64,000 bases of DNA, taken from the NCBI GenBank assembly GCA_021810635.1, contig JAJZIH010000003.1, forward strand, positions 56,301 to 120,300. Direction: 5' to 3'. The DNA comes from Pseudomonadota bacterium (GTDB lineage Bacteria > Pseudomonadota > Gammaproteobacteria > JAKAQQ01). Both the position numbers and the translations under genes were made by a program. Positions 59,301-64,000 of the stretch are shown here, piece by piece. The notes under the pieces are model-generated. The model worked only from the letters and a program-made list of their open reading frames with translations. It ran no database searches and had not been told where the DNA came from. Positions within the stretch are counted from its first letter, which is position 1, and the number at the start of each line of letters is the position of its first letter.

Positions 59301-59466
59301 GTTCAGCCAAGGTACAGGAGCGGACATGATGAAGCGCATCGCGGCACCCATGGTGGGCGGCATGGTGAGCGCCGCCACGCTCAGCCTGGTGGTGATCCCT
59401 GCGGTGTATTACCTGTGGCAACGCTCCATGCTCACGCGTGTCATGCTGATGACGGTTCGTGAATAG
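56335..59466 (+). CDS. cusA: CusA/SilA Cu(I)/Ag(I) heavy-metal RND permease
   Basis: PGQAPQVV.DQVTYP, GAMVDAAIVMIEN; three-Met site LLYMP / APMSM / RVQML; GVASEFGVVM. Confidence 0.95.
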   Translation: MIRRLIETCLDNRHLVMLAALALLLVGILAVMHIPLEAIPDISPTQVIVKTSYPGQAPQVVQDQVTYPIEALLMSVPGRQAVRGYSMFGDSYVYVIFKGGTKIRQARNLVLQYLSQVQAKLPPGVTPALGPESSGVDWIYEYALTDPSGTLNLADLTTLQNWFLKYQLQAIPGVAEVATVGGMVKEYQVVVDPNKLLAYHITLPQVEAAIRAANGETSGSVVDMGGATYMVRTSGYVRNLGDLESAPLAVRDGIPITLRDIGRVQYGPQLPNGVADLNGRGQVVGGIVMMLQGENAYTIIQQVENKLATLRASLPKGVKIVTTYSQRPLISRSIHTLSKKLLEEFLVVALVSLLFLFRVRSALVAIVALPLGVLMAFIVMWAQAVPANIMSLGGIAIAIGAMVDAAIVMIENMHKHVEKSPHADPWALARQAAAEVGPALFFSLLIIAVSFLPVFALGGEEGKLFRPLAFTKTYSMTAAALLSVTLVPILMAYFIRGRIAPEHRNPLNRVLARLYRPVISLALRYPWYILGAGALLLGSLVVPWKYLQSEFMPPLEEGTLLYMPISQDPSISIGEAAYILQLTDRIIKKFPEVETVFGQVGRAQTATDTAPMSMYDTTVTLKDPGKWPRALTMHELVDKLNRALNIPGLSNIWVQPIQNRVQMLTTGLQTPLGIKVAGPDLVTLNYLGTEIQTALEKVPGARTVYATKAIGGRYIVIHTDRLAAARYGLSVADINRFVETAIGGEPVATAVNGLERFPIVLRYPRKLRQSLSALQASRVATPSGAQIPLAELADLRIEDGPPMLTSDNAQLNNWVYIDLKPGTGIGGFVHAAQRTLANTLRLPAGYTLSWVGQYQAMQQAAQRLKLLIPAVIVLVALLLYFNFRNFTEVAIILLTLPLSLVGGFWLVYLLDYKLSVAVAVGFIALAGVASEFGVVMLLYLDLSVTTRRSEGRLNTPEDLHQAVIEGTLLRLRPMAMTFATVVAGLLPIMFSQGTGADMMKRIAAPMVGGMVSAATLSLVVIPAVYYLWQRSMLTRVMLMTVRE

Positions 59467-59743
59467 AAACCCATGCCGGTGAAACCTTGCAGCGGCTGTA
59501 TTGATCGCGTGAGCGAGCAATCTGCTGTGTCAATGATGTGGAACTTGCGTATAACGGGGCCAGTGCCCGCCGTATGCACATACCACACTTTGTGCGGAAG
59601 AGCCCCAATTATTTTGGCCACTGACAGCCGCAAAGCCGGGAGCTGCCGTTCCTCTCCGGCCTCCGGTCGATCGTCGCCGAGCAGCTGCGTTATTACGCCG
59701 ATCGCGAGTTCGTCGGCATGTTCGATAAGGCATAGTCCCAGGG

Positions 59744-60169
59744 CTATTGGGGAGCGTGCCACGGGTTTATGAGCGACACGCCGGTTGTCTCGAAGTCGGC
59801 GAGGTTGCGGGTCACGACCGTCATGCCATGCACCAGAGCCGTCGCCGCGATCAACGCATCGCGCTCGGCACGAGGGTCAGGCACATGCAGGCGCGCGCAG
59901 CGTTGTACGACAGCCGTATCAACCGGAAAAATCCGGCCGTCGAACTCGGGCAAAACGAGTGTATCGAGCCATTTGCGTAGCACGGTGCCCTGCCAGGAGT
60001 CTTTGTGTTCGAACCGCAAAATGCCGATTTCCAGCTCAAGGACAGTGATGGCCGATATGTACAGGCTGCCTGCGTCGACGCTGTCGGCCCACTCTGCGAC
60101 GTGCGGGTCGGCTTTTCCCAAGCGTATCTTGCGCAGTTCGGAAACGACATTGGTATCGAGGATGAACAT
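59744..60169 (-). CDS. vapC: VapC PIN-domain toxin
   Basis: ILDTNVVSELRK, ELEIG, RDALIAATALVHG.TVVTRN..DF...G...INPW. Confidence 0.95.
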   Translation of the reverse strand: MFILDTNVVSELRKIRLGKADPHVAEWADSVDAGSLYISAITVLELEIGILRFEHKDSWQGTVLRKWLDTLVLPEFDGRIFPVDTAVVQRCARLHVPDPRAERDALIAATALVHGMTVVTRNLADFETTGVSLINPWHAPQ

Positions 60170-60423
60170 CAGGAGAAATCGGCCGGCCGGATGCCGATGT
60201 TGACGCGGGGCGGATCAAACTCGATGTCGGCTAGACCGGGCATCGCCAGCGCGTCGGCGATTTTACGATGACCGCCTGTGATGCGCCGATAGTCCTCGAT
60301 GCTGAGCAGCACATGGGCGGGCTTGCCCCGGTCGGTGATGAACACCGGCCCCTCTGAGGCAGCTTTCTTGGCCCGGCTGGTGTCCTGATTGAATTCCCGG
60401 CTGGATAGTGTGGTAATCGTCAT
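60169..60423 (-). CDS. Phd/YefM-family antitoxin of vapC
   Basis: MTITTLSSREFNQDTSRAKKAA..GPVFITDRGKPAHVLL; TGATG coupling to vapC. Confidence 0.95.
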   Translation of the reverse strand: MTITTLSSREFNQDTSRAKKAASEGPVFITDRGKPAHVLLSIEDYRRITGGHRKIADALAMPGLADIEFDPPRVNIGIRPADFS

Positions 60424-60458
60424 GGGCGGCCCTCCTGTTTGCAGAGGCAAATCGGTTA

Positions 60459-60494
60459 TGTATAAACGTTACTACAAAAGCCCTCTTTCGTCAA
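60459..60494 (-). promoter_or_regulatory. Promoter/operator of the phd-vapC operon
   Basis: TTGACG-N17-TAACGT on - strand; imperfect palindrome TGTATAAACGTTACTACA at 60459-60476. Confidence 0.6.
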
Positions 60495-60539
60495 TGCTCG
60501 GCATTGCCCAATGGGGTAGGAGTCTGAGCGGGGGGCGTG

Positions 60540-60717
60540 ATTCCAACAGGATATGAGTCTGAACAGGCAGCCGGGATCGATCATGATGCGAGGCATGGAT
60601 CGATATAAACGACGAACAACTGCGCACCCTGGCTGATTTGCAGGCCTTTTTAACGAAAAACGGCTGCCTGAAATCCCTAAAATCTCCCTCCTTCAGACTC
60701 AAACCTTAATTTGGAAT
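60540..60717 (+). mobile_element. MITE-like internally deleted IS
   Basis: Terminal IRs ATTCCAA...TGAGTCTGAA / TTCAGACTCA...TTGGAAT; internal IR CAGGCAGCCG / CGGCTGCCTG; residual IDINDEQLRTLADLQAFL. Confidence 0.65.
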
Positions 60718-60821
60718 GGACTCCGGTCCCCGGTATAGACTGCTATCGGATCCAGAGCGCTCACGAGCGTCAACCCGCCCACGAGTGCCTGGCATTCTCC
60801 CTCCTGTCCTGGAGTTCAACC

Positions 60822-61331
60822 ATGACCGCAGTTTCAATCCCAATCCCCGATGTCCCTTTCCGTTACCGTCATTGGACCAGTCCCCTGGGCCCCCTCCTGC
60901 TCTACGGTACCGACCGGGCGCTCTGGGGGATCGACTTTCCCGTGGACGGACACGCGCAGAAGCCTGTGCACGGATGGATCGCGGACCGGAACGCCTTCCC
61001 GGAAGTCACGCACCAACTCGCTGAATATTTTTCACGCAAGCGCCGCACCTTCTCCCTGCCTCTCAAGCTCGGCGGGACCCCGTTCCAGCTCGCGGTCTGG
61101 GCCGTGCTCCGCAGGATCCCCTACGGCGAAACCCGCTCCTACGGGGAGGTGGCCCGGGCCCTCGGCCGGCCCCAAGCCGTACGGGCCGTGGGGGCTGCCA
61201 ACGGCAAAAACCCGATCCCCATCATCATCCCCTGCCATCGCGTCATCGGCGCCAACGGAAGCCTCGTGGGCTTCGGCGGCGGACTCGCGCTCAAGAGAAC
61301 GCTGCTGGAACTGGAGGGCTCAAACTGTTAA
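60822..61331 (+). CDS. ogt: Methylated-DNA--protein-cysteine methyltransferase
   Basis: GTPFQ..VW..L..IPYGET.SY, RAVGAANG.NP..IIIPCHRVIG. Confidence 0.96.
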   Translation: MTAVSIPIPDVPFRYRHWTSPLGPLLLYGTDRALWGIDFPVDGHAQKPVHGWIADRNAFPEVTHQLAEYFSRKRRTFSLPLKLGGTPFQLAVWAVLRRIPYGETRSYGEVARALGRPQAVRAVGAANGKNPIPIIIPCHRVIGANGSLVGFGGGLALKRTLLELEGSNC

Positions 61332-61374
61332 ATCATTAGTCGCGCGTTTTTGCGCAAGCATGTATATTTTGAGC

Positions 61375-62008
61375 ATGTCACGCAAGATGCGTGAGCATTC
61401 ACGAAGCCGCCGAGTTCCTTGGGGTCGCGGCGCAAACGCTGCGGCGCTGAGAGCGCGAAGGCAAGCTCACCCCCGACGAACGCACGCCGGGCGGGCGGGG
61501 GCGCTACGACTTGGCGCGGCTGCGTCCAGAGCAATTCCATGCGCCGGAAGCGGCGCTGCGCACCATTGCCTATGCCCGCGTGTCCTGTCACGACCAAAAG
61601 GATGATCTGGAACGACAGAGGCAGGTGCTTGAACTCTACTGCGCTCGCCAAGGCTGGACGTTCGAGGTTATTGCTGATCTCGGATCGGGAATGAACGATC
61701 ACAAGAAGGGCCTGAAGCGGCTGCTCGACGATGTGGTGGAAGGCCGCATCGGGCGGCTGGTCATCACGCACAAAGATCGCCTGCTGCGCTTCGGTGCGGA
61801 ACTGGTGTTCGCCATCTGCGAGGCCAAAGGTGTCGAAGTCGTGATCTTGAACCAGGGCGAAGACCCCCCATTCGAGGAAGACTTGGCGAAAGACGTGCTG
61901 GAAATCATCACCGTGTTCAGCGCCCGTCTGTACGGGAGCCGGTCGCGCAAGAACCAGAAACTGCTGGACGGTGTCAAAAAAGCCGTGGAGGAGGTCGGCT
62001 CATGTTGA
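61375..62008 (+). pseudogene. tnpA: IS607 TnpA serine recombinase, disrupted
   Basis: VSIHEAAEFLGV..QTLRR*EREGKL (stop) plus frameshift, then IAYARVS.HDQKDDLERQ, KDRLLRFG, FSARLYGSRS. Confidence 0.9.
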
Positions 62009-62495
62009 TCACCACAAGATCGCGCTCGACCCGAACAACGTCCAGGCGACGTATTTGGCCCGCGCGGCGGGGACGGCGCGTTTTGCCTACAACTGGGCGC
62101 TGGCAGAATGGGGACGGCAGTACGAGGAGTGGAAGATCGACAACAGCCTGCCGAAGCCTTCGCAAGCGGTGCTGCGCCGCCAGTTGAACGCGATGAAACG
62201 CGAGCAGTTCCCATGGATGCTGGAAGTCACGAAGAATGCGCCGCAGATGGCGATTATCCAGTTGGGCCAGGCGTTCCAGAACTTCTTCTCGGGCCGCACC
62301 CGCTATCCGCAGTTCCGCAAGATAAAGGTGTACACGACCGCTTCACGCTCACCAATGACCAGTTCGACATCGACGCTTCGCGCATCCGAATCCCCCATCT
62401 TGGCTGGGTGCGTATGCGCGAGACGTTGCGTTTGAATGGCCAGATCCTGTCGGCCACGGTCTCCCGTGTGGCTGACAAGTGGTTCGTCTCCATTC
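62002..62495 (+). pseudogene. tnpB: IS607-associated TnpB, frameshifted and truncated before RuvC
   Basis: HKIALDPNNVQ.TY..RAAG.ARFAYNWAL, FPWMLEVTK.APQ, IRIP.LGWVRMRE.LR, ADKWFVSI then break. Confidence 0.88.
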
Positions 62496-62499
62496 GTCG

Positions 62500-62615
62500 C
62501 GGCAACGGCGCGTGCGGTGCTTCTCGCGAGCCCCGTCGCGAGCCTTTAGAACTCCCCACACCCTCGATCGTGCGGAAGGATTTCTCCGCTTCCCGGAAGC
62601 CGGTCGCGGTCTAGA
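62500..62615 (-). pseudogene. IS256-like transposase C-terminal scrap
   Basis: TATGFREAEKSFRTIEG resembles the W.A.G..EAEK.FR.I.G tail. Confidence 0.5.
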
Positions 62616-62648
62616 CAATATGGCCTGACTCATGCTGGCGGTCAGGCA

Positions 62649-63018
62649 TCACTGGCGAATTGAGAGGAAGATGGTCCCCCAGCCAGGTTCCGGGGCGCAG
62701 GCGTGGGAGCCTGCGTACTTGCCTGGCTTCAATGTCCGCACGCTGCTGGGCCTGCACGGCTCGGTAGCCACCCGCAAAACGGCCGGGCTCCCACGACTTC
62801 GTGGCAGCCACGGACGCACCCAGCCGTTGCGCGCATGCTCCCGGCTGATGGTGCTCGGCGCGCGGTTCACGGTGCGGGCAATTGCCCGCACCGTGAACCC
62901 TTCCCCCATCAGGAACTGGATGTGGACACCCTCATCGATGCCAAAATACTGATAATTTGTACTCATGCCAACACATTAAACCTCGTCAACGTGTTGCACT
63001 TCAGTTTTGAGCACGCCC
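62649..63018 (-). mobile_element. IS30-family left end and N-terminal HTH remnant
   Basis: G.TVRAIAR.VNRAPSTISRE..RN; end sequence GGGCGTGCTCAAAACTGAAGTGCAACAC. Confidence 0.8.
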
Positions 63019-63056
63019 TGACTTCCTTGGTTACAAAACGCCCTAATGACCGTCTG

Positions 63057-63317
63057 TTATTTCCGGTAGTGATAACGGCACGAAATGACGTACACAGTCT
63101 TTCCGGCTACCTTGTACACCAGCCGGTGTTCCTGAGTGATGCGGCGTGACCAATACCCCGATAACTCGCCGCGTAGCGGTTCCGGTTTTCCGATACCACG
63201 GAACGGGTCTGACGCGATGGCCTCAACCAAACGGTTGATGCGTTTGAACACCGGACGGCTTTCATTGTGCCAGCGCAGATAATCCGTCCAGGCATCATCC
63301 GTCCAGCGCGTGGTCAC
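63057..63317 (-). CDS. yoeB: YoeB/Txe toxin
   Basis: AWTDYL.W, KRINRL, PF.GIGKPEPL, GYWSRRITQEHRLVY, SCRYHY; GTGA overlap with yefM. Confidence 0.96.
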   Translation of the reverse strand: MTTRWTDDAWTDYLRWHNESRPVFKRINRLVEAIASDPFRGIGKPEPLRGELSGYWSRRITQEHRLVYKVAGKTVYVISCRYHYRK

Positions 63318-63565
63318 TCGAGCAATTTCCTCCGGCGAGTTTTTCCGGCCTTCACCTGCGCGACGCCCCCCCGCAAGTGCGCAGCATTGGCGGGAGTTTG
63401 CATCAGATAGGCGGTCTCTTGCCAAGACTCGAAATCTTCGAGCGAGATCAACACCGCGGGTGTTCCCCTCTGGCGAGTGATGAGAATCGGCGCGTGGTCT
63501 TCGATCACCTGATCGATAGCCCTGGCCAGATTGTTGCGGATAGCGGAGTAGGAAAGCGTTTTCAT
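63314..63565 (-). CDS. yefM: YefM antitoxin
   Basis: MKTLSYS..RNNLA..ID.V.EDH.P.LITRQ...AVLISLEDF.S.QETAYL...PANA. Confidence 0.96.
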   Translation of the reverse strand: MKTLSYSAIRNNLARAIDQVIEDHAPILITRQRGTPAVLISLEDFESWQETAYLMQTPANAAHLRGGVAQVKAGKTRRRKLLE

Positions 63566-63590
63566 GGATTCACCCGGCAACTGGTTTCAT

Positions 63591-63608
63591 TGTACAAAGA
63601 ATTGTACA
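63591..63608. promoter_or_regulatory. YefM-type operator (two TGTACA palindromes)
   Basis: TGTACA at 63591 and 63603, 12 bp apart, upstream of yefM. Confidence 0.75.
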
Positions 63609-63689
63609 TACTGCCGTCAAAACGTCAAGCGCGTGTATGGGGCCAGTACATTTGCACTGTTGAGGGGAAGTGCCGATTAGACTGAAGTT

Positions 63690-64000
63690 GCGTGCGCCGT
63701 GGAAATCCAGGCGCTCGTGGGCTTCGGTCCAGGACGAGCGTCCGGTGTAGGGATGCCCGTGGCGCAGCAGCATCGCCCTCAGCTGCTGACGAGCCTTCAG
63801 CCGTGCCCTCACCGCATCCTCTCGGGCCCGCGACCGATCGCGCAGCGCCTCATCGCGCTCATCCGGCACTGCCACGCTGACCAGCTCCCCGGCACGCGCC
63901 GCCCGCGCCAGCGTGTAGCCGCAGGGGGCCGCCTCGTACACGACCTGCAACGCCTCGCGCTTGCCCAATCGACCCAGCGCCTTGGACAATGCCCCCACTG
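63690..64000 (-). pseudogene. IS110-family transposase fragment, internally deleted
   Basis: VVYEAAPCGY.LAR joined directly to RAGELV.V.VPD..DEALRD..RAREDA; the KTD..DA segment is absent. Confidence 0.8.

Noticed and set aside
59470..59743. Short ORFs between cusA and vapC as a cusF-like gene
   Set aside because: No signal peptide or H..M..W.M motif; at most a gene scrap
63690..64000. IS110 bridge-RNA system
   Set aside because: Transposase is internally deleted and truncated; its non-coding end is not visible in this window

Overview
GC-rich, most likely gammaproteobacterial chromosomal window. The housekeeping backbone is nusB-ribH-ribBX, moxR-DUF58-transglutaminase, prfC, rimI-udg-pssA-ilvC, proS-slt, an mdtAB-like RND pump with an OmpR/EnvZ-type two-component system, and murU-amgK / lptD-surA-pdxA-rsmA-[SPFH-nfeD]-apaH. 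Three accessory patches interrupt it. (1) About 8.5-21.4 kb: IS630 remnant, an RND pump pair, an osmoregulated periplasmic glucan cluster (two OpgG/D paralogues, one a coiled-coil lipoprotein; OpgH apparently split), an ISL3 remnant, a solitary CRISPR-like repeat with its own terminator, and higBA. (2) About 32.2-34.8 kb: a Fic-domain gene ending in a half attC-like site, flanked by IS630 and IS256 remnants. (3) About 51.9-64 kb: cusCBA-like Cu/Ag efflux with a Cys-rich leader ORF, phd-vapC, a MITE-like deleted IS, ogt, decayed IS607/IS256/IS30/IS110 and yefM-yoeB. No cas genes, integron integrase, tRNA or rRNA were recognised. All assignments come from motif recognition by eye; no searches were run.
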